From the NCBI GenBank assembly GCA_026707335.1, contig JAPOXB010000054.1:1-38805 (forward strand): 38,805 nt of DNA, in the 5' to 3' direction. The notes below the pieces were generated by a model. It was not told the DNA's origin, did not search any database, and was given only the letters and a program-made list of their open reading frames with translations. The translations under genes were made by a program, and so were the position numbers. Positions 1-9,913 of the stretch are shown here, piece after piece. Source of the stretch: Chloroflexota bacterium (lineage in GTDB: Bacteria > Chloroflexota > Dehalococcoidia > Bin125). The first letter of the stretch is position 1. Each line of letters begins with the position of its first letter.

Positions 1-85
1 GCCCCCGCCCCCCCCCGCCCCCGCCCCCCCGCGCCCCCCCCCCGGGGGGGTTTTGGTTTTGTGGCGGGGCCCGCGACCGCCGAGA

Positions 86-193
86 CCTCACCCCCTGTCC
101 CCCTCTCCATCTGAACGGTGGAGAGGGGGGACGTGGGCGCGGGCGCTGGGGCTCCGATCCCCTCTCCCTGGGGAGAGGGTTCGGGTGAGGGGG
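86..193. repeat. REP-like composite palindromic element (CCTCACCC...CCCCTCTCC/GGAGAGGGG type)
   Basis: Hairpin GTCCCCCTCTCCAT(97-110)/GTGGAGAGGGGGGAC(118-132) and hairpin CCCTCTCCC-TG-GGGAGAGGG(160-179), enclosed by CCTCACCC(86-93)/GGGTGAGG(183-190); intergenic. Confidence 0.7.
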
Positions 194-220
194 ACCAACG
201 CGCGCGACCATCCCCATCCA

Positions 221-253
221 CCGGCCGTCCACGCCGGCCGTCCACACCGGCCA
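221..253. repeat. Short tandem repeat, ~2.5 x 13 bp CCGGCCGTCCAC(G/A)
   Basis: CCGGCCGTCCACG-CCGGCCGTCCACA-CCGGCCA directly visible upstream of dnaE. Confidence 0.6.
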
Positions 254-281
254 TAAGCGACGACGGCGGCCGGCCCCTCGT

Positions 282-290
282 TGCTACCCT
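282..290 (+). promoter_or_regulatory. Putative extended -10 promoter of dnaE
   Basis: TG-C-TACCCT 12 nt upstream of the ATG at 303; no Shine-Dalgarno. Confidence 0.4.
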
Positions 291-302
291 CGCTGCACGC
301 CG

Positions 303-3300
303 ATGTTCACCCATCTCCATACGCACACCGAGTTCAGCCTGCTCGACGGCCTCGCCAAGATCGACGGGCTCATGGAGCGCGCCCGGGGGCTGGGGCAGGA
401 GGCCCTGGCGATCACCGACCACGGCAACCTCTACGGCGCGATCGACTTCTACAAGGCGGGGCGGCGGGCGGGCGTGCACCCCATCCTGGGCATGGAGGCC
501 TACGTCGCGCCCGGCAAGATGAGCGAGCGCGACGCCGCCGCCCGGGTCACCGCCCACCACCTCACCCTGCTGGCGATGAACAACACGGGCTGGCGCAACC
601 TCGTCGCGCTGTCGACGAAGGCGCACCTCGAGGGCTTCTACCACAAGCCCCGCGTCGACCGGGAGTGCCTCAGCGCCCACAGCGAGGGCCTCATCGTGCT
701 CTCCGGCTGCCCCTCGGCCGAAGTCCACCGGGCGCTGTACGAGGCGCGCGACGCCGACGCCCTGGCCACCGCGCGTTGGTACCGCGAGGTGTTCGGCGAC
801 CGCTACTACGTGGAGTTGCAGAACCACCACGACCCCAAGTTCACGCCCATCATCCCCAAGCTCGTCGAACTGGCGCGGGAGTTGGAGCTGCCGCTGGTCG
901 CGACGCACGACTCGCACTACACGGCCCCCGAGGACGCCATCAGCCACGAGGTCCTGCTCTGCATCGGCACCAACGCCACGATGGACCAGGCGGACCGGTT
1001 CAAGCTGGACGGGCACGACTTCTACCTGGCGAGCGAGTCGGAGATGGTGGAGCGCTTCCCGGAGCTGCCGGAGGCGCTGCGCAACACGGTCGCCATCACG
1101 GAGCGCTGCGACGTCGAGCTGACCTTCAACCGCCTGCAACTGCCCGACCCCGATCTGCCGCCCGGCACGACCGCCCAGCAGCACCTCGCCGACCTCAGCG
1201 CCGCCGGCCTCCAGCAGCGCTACGGCACGCCCACGCCGGCCCACATCGAGCGCCTGCGGTACGAGCTGAGCGTCGTGGAGGAGACGGGCTTCGCGGAGTA
1301 CTTCCTCATCGTGCGCGACTTCGCGCAGTTCGCGCGCCGGCAGCGCATCGCCATGGGCGTGCGCGGCAGCGCCGCCGCCAGCATCATCCTCTACTGCCTC
1401 GAGATCACCGACATCGACCCGATCGCCCACGACCTCGTCTTCGAGCGCTTCCTCAACGTCGAGCGGCGCGAAATGCCCGACATCGACATGGACTTCGCCG
1501 ACGACCGCCGCGACGAGGTGATCCGCTACGTCGCCGACAAGTACGGCCACGACCGCGTGGCGCAGATCATCACCTTCGGCACGCTGGGCGCGAAGGCCGC
1601 CATCCGCGACACCGGCCGCGCCCTGGGCATGACCTTCGGCGCCGCCGACCGCATCGCGCGGCTGGTGCCGGCGCAGTTGAACATCACGCTCGACGCCGCC
1701 CTCACGGGCAGTCAGGAGCTGCGCAGCGCCTACGACTCGGAGGCGGACACGAAGAAGCTCGTCGATCAGGCGCGGCAGCTCGAGGGCGTCGCGCGGCACG
1801 CCGGCACGCACGCCGCGGCGGTGGTCATCGCGCGCGAGCCGCTGATCGAGAACGTGCCGCTGCAGCGCCCCGTCCGCGCCGAGGCCGGCGACGAGAGCGC
1901 CATCCCCATGACCCAGTGGGCGATGAACCAGTGCGCCGAGATCGGCCTGCTGAAGATGGACTTCCTGGGCCTCACCAACCTCACGATCCTCGAGGCGGCG
2001 GTCGCCATCGTGGAGGACGAGACCGGCGAGCGGCCCGACTACGTGAGCCTGCCCGACGGCGACCCGGCCGCCTTCGCGATGCTGGCGCGCGGCGAGACGT
2101 TCGGCGTCTTCCAACTGGAGTCGGCCGGCATGCGCCGCTACGTGCAGGAGCTCAAGCCCACCCGGCTGTCCGACCTGGCGGCCATGGTGGCGCTGTTCCG
2201 TCCCGGCCCCATGGAGCACATCCCGCGCTTCATCCGCTCGAAGCACGGCGAGGAGGCGATCAGCTACCCCCACCCCGACCTGGCCGAGATCCTCGACCCC
2301 ACCTACGGCGTCATCGTCTACCAGGACCAGGTGCTGCAGATCGCGCGCAAGTTCGCCGGCTACACGCTGGGCCAGGCCGACGTCATGCGCAAGGCGATGG
2401 GCAAGAAGGACGCCGACGTGATGCAGGCCGAGCGCGGCCGCTTCGTGCAGGGGGCCGAGGCGCTGGGCTACGGCGCCAGCGAGGCCAACACCGTCTTCAA
2501 CCTGGTCGAGCCGTTCGCCGGCTACGCCTTCAACAAGGCGCACGCCGTGTGCTACGGCAGCATCGCCTACCAGACCGCCTACCTGAAGGCGCACCACCCC
2601 GTCGCCTACATGACGGCCGTGCTGCGCCACGCAAGCGGCGCCTCGGACCGCGTGGGGCTGGCCGCGGTCGAGTGCGCCCGGCTCGACATCCCGCTGCTGC
2701 CCCCGGACATCAATCGCTCCGGCGCGACCTTCCAGCCCGAGGCCCTGGCCGGCGAGCGGCAGGGCATCCGCTTCGGCCTCGCCAACGTGAAGAACGTGGG
2801 GCAGGGCGCGATCGAGGCGCTGATCGCCGAGCGCGACGCCGAGGGCGCGTTCGCGTCGCTGGAGGACCTCTGCCGCCGCAGCGACCTGCGCGGGCTGAAC
2901 AAGCGCTCGCTGGAGAGCCTGATCAAGGCGGGCGCGCTCGACGCGCTCGTCGCGCGGGGGCCCGCTCTGGCCGGCATCGACCGCATCATGCGTCTGGCCC
3001 AGCGCGAGCGGGAGCTGCGCGAGAGCGGCCAGACAACGATGTTCGACCTCTTCGGCGACCAGGTGGACACGCCCCGCCCGGCGCTCGGGCTGGAGGACGT
3101 CGCCGACGCCGACGTCACCAGCGCCGAGCAGCTCCAGTGGGAGAAGGAACTGCTGGGTACCTACGTGTCCGCGCACCCCTTCCAGCCCGCCAACGCGGCC
3201 CTGCAGCCCTACGTCACCCTGGCCGCCGGCGAGGTCCGCGCGGAGCACGAGGGTCAGGACGTCGTCCTCGCGGGCGTGGTCACACTGGTGCGGCAACTCA

Positions 3301-3992
3301 CGACCCGGAAGGGCCAGCCGTTCGCGGCGGTGGAGATCGAGGATCTCACGGGCGCGGTGGAGGTCACCGTCTGGCCCGACCTCTACGCCGAAAGCCGCGC
3401 CCTCTGGCAGGACGGGAACACCATCCTTACGCACGCGCGCGTGCGCATGCGCGGCGACCGCCTCACCGTCTCGGTTGAGCACGCGACAATCTGGGAGCAG
3501 ACGCCCGACGGCGGCCGCCTGCGCGAGGACCCGGCGACCTGGGACATGAGCGCGCGCCCGTCGCGCCGGCCGCCGTCGTCGCGCCGCAACGGCGACGCCG
3601 GCGGCGACGTCCGATCCGCCCCTCGCCCAACAAACGGCGCCGGCGCCGCGCCGCCGGTCTCCCCGGCCCCGGCCGCCGTCGCACCGCCGGCGTCGCCCCC
3701 GCCCTCGCCCCCGCCTGCGGCCGAGCCCGCGCCCGCGTTGCAGGTGCGCCTGCACGAGACCGACGACGAAGACGCCGACCGGGTGCGGCTGCACGAGATC
3801 CTGCGCCTCGTGCGCGAGGCGCCCGGCGCCGACCACGGCTACCTCACGATCGTGGGCCTGGGCGAAACCGTGACCCTGACGCTGCCCGACTGCAACGCCA
3901 ACTTCGCGCTCGTCGAGTCGCTGCGGCGCGCCGTGGACGAGTTCGGCGCGGCCGAGATCGAGGCGGCCCCCGTCGCGGTCGCCGGCGGCTGA
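303..3992 (+). CDS. dnaE: DNA polymerase III alpha subunit
   Basis: PHP domain HLHTHTEFSLLDG and ITDHGNLYG; RGSAA; catalytic PDIDMDF; KMDFLGL; FAGYAFNKAHA; HhH and OB domains; Pro-rich linker near the C-terminus. Confidence 0.98.
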   Translation: MFTHLHTHTEFSLLDGLAKIDGLMERARGLGQEALAITDHGNLYGAIDFYKAGRRAGVHPILGMEAYVAPGKMSERDAAARVTAHHLTLLAMNNTGWRNLVALSTKAHLEGFYHKPRVDRECLSAHSEGLIVLSGCPSAEVHRALYEARDADALATARWYREVFGDRYYVELQNHHDPKFTPIIPKLVELARELELPLVATHDSHYTAPEDAISHEVLLCIGTNATMDQADRFKLDGHDFYLASESEMVERFPELPEALRNTVAITERCDVELTFNRLQLPDPDLPPGTTAQQHLADLSAAGLQQRYGTPTPAHIERLRYELSVVEETGFAEYFLIVRDFAQFARRQRIAMGVRGSAAASIILYCLEITDIDPIAHDLVFERFLNVERREMPDIDMDFADDRRDEVIRYVADKYGHDRVAQIITFGTLGAKAAIRDTGRALGMTFGAADRIARLVPAQLNITLDAALTGSQELRSAYDSEADTKKLVDQARQLEGVARHAGTHAAAVVIAREPLIENVPLQRPVRAEAGDESAIPMTQWAMNQCAEIGLLKMDFLGLTNLTILEAAVAIVEDETGERPDYVSLPDGDPAAFAMLARGETFGVFQLESAGMRRYVQELKPTRLSDLAAMVALFRPGPMEHIPRFIRSKHGEEAISYPHPDLAEILDPTYGVIVYQDQVLQIARKFAGYTLGQADVMRKAMGKKDADVMQAERGRFVQGAEALGYGASEANTVFNLVEPFAGYAFNKAHAVCYGSIAYQTAYLKAHHPVAYMTAVLRHASGASDRVGLAAVECARLDIPLLPPDINRSGATFQPEALAGERQGIRFGLANVKNVGQGAIEALIAERDAEGAFASLEDLCRRSDLRGLNKRSLESLIKAGALDALVARGPALAGIDRIMRLAQRERELRESGQTTMFDLFGDQVDTPRPALGLEDVADADVTSAEQLQWEKELLGTYVSAHPFQPANAALQPYVTLAAGEVRAEHEGQDVVLAGVVTLVRQLTTRKGQPFAAVEIEDLTGAVEVTVWPDLYAESRALWQDGNTILTHARVRMRGDRLTVSVEHATIWEQTPDGGRLREDPATWDMSARPSRRPPSSRRNGDAGGDVRSAPRPTNGAGAAPPVSPAPAAVAPPASPPPSPPPAAEPAPALQVRLHETDDEDADRVRLHEILRLVREAPGADHGYLTIVGLGETVTLTLPDCNANFALVESLRRAVDEFGAAEIEAAPVAVAGG

Positions 3993-4082
3993 CGCCGCGG
4001 CGCGCTCGGCGCCGCCGCCCGACCGGTACACTCAGCGGACCGGCGCTTTGTTCGGATGCGCTCGCAGCCTCCGGGAGCAGCC

Positions 4083-5145
<1,063 letters not shown>

Positions 5146-5162
<17 letters not shown>

Positions 5163-6108
5163 CCGGCTGCTGGACTGGCTGTCCCCGCCCGCCGCCCTGC
5201 TGGGCGAGTCGGAGGATCCCGCCGTGGCCGAGGCGCGCATCCGCCGCGAGGTGCGCGCGATCGAGATCCGGGCCCGCACCGCCCTGCGCGAGCGCATGAC
5301 CGGCGACTTCCGCAGCGCCTTCCGCGGCCGCGGCCTGGAGTTCGCCTCGATCCGCGCCTACACGCCCGGCGACGAAGTGCGCCTGATCGACTGGAACGTC
5401 ACCGCCCGCCGCGGCGCACCGTACGTCAAGGAGTTCGTCGAGGAGCGCGAGCGCACGCTGTTGATCGTGCTCGACGTCAGCCCCTCTGGGGCCTTCGGGA
5501 CGACCGGCCGCAGCGTGCGCCGCTTCGCGGTCGAGGTGGCGGGGCTGCTGGGTTTCTCCGCCGCCGCCAGCAACGACCGCGTCGGCGCGATCGCCTTCAG
5601 CGACCGCACGGAGTACCTGCTGCAGCCCGCCCGCGGCGACGCGCACGTCCTGCGCCTGCTGCACGACCTGCTGCACCTCCGGCCGCGGGGCGGCGGCAGC
5701 GACCTGGGCGGGGCGCTGGAGCACGCCGCGCGCACACTGCGCGGCGGCAGCATCGTGGCGGTCATCTCGGACTTCCAGGGCGACGCCGCAGAGGCCGGCG
5801 ACTGGCAGCCTGCCCTGCGCCGGCTCGCCGTCGCGCACGACGTGCTGGCGCTGCACGTGCACGACCCCGCCCAGGCCCGGCTGCCCGACGACGGCCTGCT
5901 GACCATCGAGGACGCCGAGTCGGGCCGCGTCGTCACCGTCGACCCGGCCGCGATCGGCGACGACTTCGCCCGCGAGGACGCCCGCCGCGGGCAGGCCGTC
6001 CGGCGGCTGCTCCGGGCCAGCGGGGCCGACTACCTCTCGCTGCCCAGCGACGCGCCCGCCGCCCCCGCCCTGGCCAGGCTCTTCCGCCTGCGGACCCAGC
6101 GCCGATGA
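5146..6108 (+). CDS. DUF58 domain protein (MoxR partner, vWA-like)
   Basis: FRGRGLEFASIRAYTPGDEVRLIDWNVTAR, YVKEFVEERE, LDVSPS, VISDF. Confidence 0.93.
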
Positions 6109-7091
6109 GCCCCCGGCGGCTGGCCGTCGCGCTGCTGGGACTCGTGGCGCTGCTCGCGCTGGGGGCGCCGTCGGCCGCCGCGCAGGCGCCGCCGTCGCCG
6201 CTGCCGCCCGGTGTGGCCGTCGGCGTCGAGGTGGAGCGCGAGGGCGACACCATCGGCGACCCCGTGCGGCTCACGGTCGTCGTCACGCACCCGCCCGGGG
6301 GCGAACTGCTCGTGCCCCCGCCCGAGGGTCCGATGGGCGCGCTGGAGCCGGCGTCGCCGGTCGTGACGCGCGACACGACGGCCGACGGCCTCACCCGCGT
6401 CACGCTCGTCTACGAGACGCGCGCCTTCGCGACCGGCCCGCTGCCGCTGACGCCGCCCGCGCTCTCCTACCGCCGCGACGGCCTGACGACCGCGATCCAG
6501 CCCGCCGGACGGATCATCGACGTGCGCTCGCTGCTGCCTGCGGACGGGTCGGCGGCGCCCCGCGGCCTGAAGCCGGCCGAGCAGGTCGGGGCGACGGGTT
6601 TCCCGACCGTGCCGGTCGCCGTGGGCGGATCGATCGCCGCGCTGCTGCTCCTTGCGGTGGGGGTGACCCTCGCCCGGCGGCGGCGGCCGGCGCCACCGGC
6701 GACCGCCGCTCCCGGCCCCGGGGCGCTGGCCGGCCGCGACCTCGATGCGATCGCCGGCGCCGGCCTCCTGCCCCACGCCGTCGACGAGTTCTGCGCGCGG
6801 ATCAACGGCGCCGTGCGCGGCTATCTGGCCGCGCGCTACGGCCTGCCCGCGCTGAACCTGACCGCGTCGGAACTGGCCGAGCGCCTGGCCCGCGCCGGGG
6901 CCGACGCGGGCACGGTGCAGCGCGTGCGCAGCCTCTGTCAGGCCTGCGATGGCATCGCCTACGCCGGCTCGACGCCCAGCGCGGCCCGCGTCGCCCGCTA
7001 CCTCGACCTGGCCCAGGCCATCGTGCGGGAAGGCCCGGCCCCCGCCGCCGCACCGGCCGGCCCCACCGCCCCTGCGAGCGAGGTGCAGTGA
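6105..7091 (+). CDS. Exported/membrane protein of the Bat-like operon (BatD/DUF4381-like)
   Basis: Signal peptide; IGDPVRLTVVV beta-rich domain; TM segment then basic residues; VRGYLAARYGLPALNLTASEL C-terminal motif; ATGA-coupled to DUF58. Confidence 0.75.
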   Translation: MSPRRLAVALLGLVALLALGAPSAAAQAPPSPLPPGVAVGVEVEREGDTIGDPVRLTVVVTHPPGGELLVPPPEGPMGALEPASPVVTRDTTADGLTRVTLVYETRAFATGPLPLTPPALSYRRDGLTTAIQPAGRIIDVRSLLPADGSAAPRGLKPAEQVGATGFPTVPVAVGGSIAALLLLAVGVTLARRRRPAPPATAAPGPGALAGRDLDAIAGAGLLPHAVDEFCARINGAVRGYLAARYGLPALNLTASELAERLARAGADAGTVQRVRSLCQACDGIAYAGSTPSAARVARYLDLAQAIVREGPAPAAAPAGPTAPASEVQ

Positions 7092-8047
7092 TGCGCTTCG
7101 CCGACCCGGAACTGCTGGTCCTGCTGGCGCTGCTGCCGCTGTTCGTCTGGCTGCTGCGCCGCGACGGCCGACGTCATCCGGCCAGCCTGCGCCTGCCCAG
7201 TTTGGCCGCGCTGCCCGCCGCGGCCCGCGCCGGCGGCCGCTCGTGGCGGACGCGCACCCTGCCCTGGCTGCCCGTCCTGCGGCTGGCCGCCGCCGCGCTG
7301 ATCATCATCGCCCTCGCGCGCCCGCAGACCGCCGACGCCGAGGCCAGCACCACCGCCGAGGGCATCGACATCGTGCTCGCGATCGACACCTCGCTGAGCA
7401 TGGTGCAGGAGTCGATCGGGGACGAGCGGCGGATCGAGGCGGCCCGGCGCGTGGCCCGCGACTTCATCGACCGGCGCGGCGCCGACCGCGTGGGGCTGCT
7501 CGTCTTCGAGTCCCGCACGCTGGTCCTCAGCCCGCCGACGCTCGACCTGGACGCCATCGACCGCCTGGTGGCCGACACGATGCGCACCGGCCTGCTGCCC
7601 GGCGGCACCGCCGTCGGCCTGGCGCTGGCGAAGTCGGTCGACCTGCTGCGCGAGTCGGACGCGCCCAGCCGCATCGTCGTGCTGCTCACCGACGGCGAGG
7701 ACAACGTGCGCACCGTGCGCCCCGTCGACGCGGCCGGCATCGCCGAAGCGCTGGGCGTGCGCGTCTACACCATCGCCATCGCCGACCCGGGCGCCTACCA
7801 GGGCGTCGTCGATGAGCTCGCCCTGCGGTTCATCGCCGACCGCACGGGCGGCGAGTACTTCCGCGCCTCCGAGCCCGGCGACCTGGAGGCCGCCTACGCC
7901 GCCGTCGACGCCCTCGAGCGGGCGCGGCTCGACACGGAGGAGTTCACCGTCTTCCGCGAGCGCATGCCCTGGTTCCTCATCCCCGCGATGGCGCTGATCC
8001 TGCTCGAGTTGCTGGGCCGCGCCACCTGGTGGAGGCGCGCGCCATGA
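7091..8047 (+). CDS. batA: vWA domain protein, BatA-like
   Basis: MRFADP N-terminus, ALARPQ, GIDIVLAIDTSLSM (MIDAS), GTAVGLAL, VLLTDGEDN, IADRTGGEYFRA, C-terminal TM. Confidence 0.88.
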   Translation: MRFADPELLVLLALLPLFVWLLRRDGRRHPASLRLPSLAALPAAARAGGRSWRTRTLPWLPVLRLAAAALIIIALARPQTADAEASTTAEGIDIVLAIDTSLSMVQESIGDERRIEAARRVARDFIDRRGADRVGLLVFESRTLVLSPPTLDLDAIDRLVADTMRTGLLPGGTAVGLALAKSVDLLRESDAPSRIVVLLTDGEDNVRTVRPVDAAGIAEALGVRVYTIAIADPGAYQGVVDELALRFIADRTGGEYFRASEPGDLEAAYAAVDALERARLDTEEFTVFRERMPWFLIPAMALILLELLGRATWWRRAP

Positions 8048-9903
8048 GCCTCGCACCCCTGCCGCCCCTCGCCCTCTCCCCGCTGACACAGTTCGGCGAC
8101 CCCGCCCTGCTCACGCTGCTGCTGCTCGGGTTCCTGGCGGGCGGCCTCTCGCTGCGCATCCTGCGCCGGCGCGCGCTCCGGGTGACGCGGCTGCTGGACC
8201 GGGGCGGCGGGCGCGTGCTGGCGGGCGCCGACCCCCGGCGCGACCTCTGGAAGTTCGGCCTGATCAGCCTGGTCGTGGTGCTGCTCGCGCTCGCCGTCGC
8301 CCGGCCGCAGTTCGGCGAGCGCACGCGGACGCTGGAGCAGCAGGGCGTCGCGATGGTCGTCGCGCTCGACGTGTCGCTCAGCATGGCGGCGCAGGACACC
8401 GCCCCCGATCGCATGCAGGCTGCCCAGACGGAGCTGGCGGGACTGCTCGACCGGATGTCGGGCGACCGCGTCGGCCTCGTCATCTACGCGGGCGAGGCGC
8501 TGGTGCGCTTCCCGCTCACCCGCGACCTGACCGCCGCCCGCGATCTGATCGGCGCGATGCAGCCGGGCGAGCGGCTGGTGCAGCCGGGAACCGACGTCGC
8601 GGCGGCCATCACGCAATCGCTGGCGCTGCTGGAGACGACCCCCTCGCGGACGCGCGTGATCCTGCTCGTCGGCGACGGGGAGAGCCTGAGCGGCGACGCC
8701 CTCGCCGCGGCACGGATGGCGGCGGCCGCCGACGTGCACATCTTCACGGCCGGCGCCGGCAGCGAGGCGGGCGCCACGATCCCGGTGGTCAACCGCAACA
8801 CGACCGAGACGGTCACGAAGATCGACGCCCGCACCGGCGAGCCGGTCATCACCCGCCTCGACAGCGCGGCGCTGACGGCGCTGGCCGACCGGGGGCGGGG
8901 GCGCTTCGTGCGGCTGGACCAGCCCGGCGCCCTCAGCGACCTCGCCGCCGACTTCGAGGCGCTGGAGGCGTCGCGCTTCCACGTCACGACCGAGCGGCAG
9001 CCCCGCGAGCGCTTCCAGATCGCCCTCGCGCTGGCCCTGGCGCTGCTGCTCATCGAGCCGCTGATCGCGGCGCGCGCACCCCGGCGGGCGTCGCCGGTCG
9101 CGGCGCGCGTCCGATGGCTGCGGCGGCGGCGGCTGCTGTTCGCGGGGCTGCTGCCGATCGTCGCGCTGCTGGCCGCGTCGTGCGGTGACTTCGCGGCCGA
9201 GCGCAACGCGGCCGGGACCGCCGCCTTCGACGAGGGCCGCTTCGCCGACGCCGCCGTCGCCTACCGCGAGGCGCTCGCGGCCGAACCCGGCGACGCGCGC
9301 CTGGCCCTGAATCTGGGCCGCGCCCTGCACGCCCTCGCGGAGTACGACGCCGCCGTCGCGGCCTCGCGCCGCGCCCTCACCACCCACGACGACGCCCTGG
9401 CCGCCCGCGCCTACTACCAGATCGGCGTGCACCACTTCGCGCGGGACGACCTCGTCGCGGCGCGCAGCGCCTACATCGAGGCGCTGCTGCTCGACCCCTC
9501 GGACGCCGACGCCAAGCTGAATCTGGAGATCGTGAACCGGTTGCTGGCGGCGCTCGCTCCGCCTCCGGCGGCGGAGGACGGGACGCCGGGCTCGGGCGAG
9601 GGCGACGGCGGCGGCGCCGAGGGCGGCGGCGGGCGGGGGCCCGGCGCGGACGGTGATGACTCCCCGGTCGACACCGCGCCCGGCCGGCTGGCGGGCCGCG
9701 CCGACGTCCCCGGCGAGGACGACCAAAGCCTGGACGCCGGGCCGGCCGCGGAGGCCCTGCGGGAGGCGATCCAGGCCTTCGACCGCAACAATCCCACGCT
9801 CGAGGAGGCGCTGGCGATCCTCGAGGCCCTGCGCGCCATCGAGGAGACGCGGGGCGCGTCGGGCATGCTGGGCGTCGAGGTGGCCGGCCAGGACGACTAC
9901 TAG
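8044..9903 (+). CDS. vWA + TPR membrane protein (BatB/BatC-like fusion)
   Basis: AVARPQFG, ALDVSLSMAAQD..PDRM, FPLTRD, GDGE; TM segments; TPR repeats ending in DAKLNLE; acidic/Gly-rich tail. Confidence 0.85.
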   Translation: MSLAPLPPLALSPLTQFGDPALLTLLLLGFLAGGLSLRILRRRALRVTRLLDRGGGRVLAGADPRRDLWKFGLISLVVVLLALAVARPQFGERTRTLEQQGVAMVVALDVSLSMAAQDTAPDRMQAAQTELAGLLDRMSGDRVGLVIYAGEALVRFPLTRDLTAARDLIGAMQPGERLVQPGTDVAAAITQSLALLETTPSRTRVILLVGDGESLSGDALAAARMAAAADVHIFTAGAGSEAGATIPVVNRNTTETVTKIDARTGEPVITRLDSAALTALADRGRGRFVRLDQPGALSDLAADFEALEASRFHVTTERQPRERFQIALALALALLLIEPLIAARAPRRASPVAARVRWLRRRRLLFAGLLPIVALLAASCGDFAAERNAAGTAAFDEGRFADAAVAYREALAAEPGDARLALNLGRALHALAEYDAAVAASRRALTTHDDALAARAYYQIGVHHFARDDLVAARSAYIEALLLDPSDADAKLNLEIVNRLLAALAPPPAAEDGTPGSGEGDGGGAEGGGGRGPGADGDDSPVDTAPGRLAGRADVPGEDDQSLDAGPAAEALREAIQAFDRNNPTLEEALAILEALRAIEETRGASGMLGVEVAGQDDY

Positions 9904-9913
9904 CCCGAAGGCC

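Noticed and set aside
1-55. Poly-C/poly-G low-complexity stretch
   Set aside because: Homopolymer-rich run at the window edge; most likely a read-end or assembly artefact
281-3478. 1065-aa alternative-frame ORF over dnaE, and similar long shadow ORFs (9653-12949, 20528-22822, 24010-25875, 28771-31680)
   Set aside because: Arg/Pro/Ala-rich or antisense shadows expected in very high-GC coding DNA; they overlap well-supported genes and carry no motifs
303-3992. Intein or split in DnaE
   Set aside because: The ORF is continuous and of normal length with no intein splice motifs; the extra length is a Pro/Ala-rich linker
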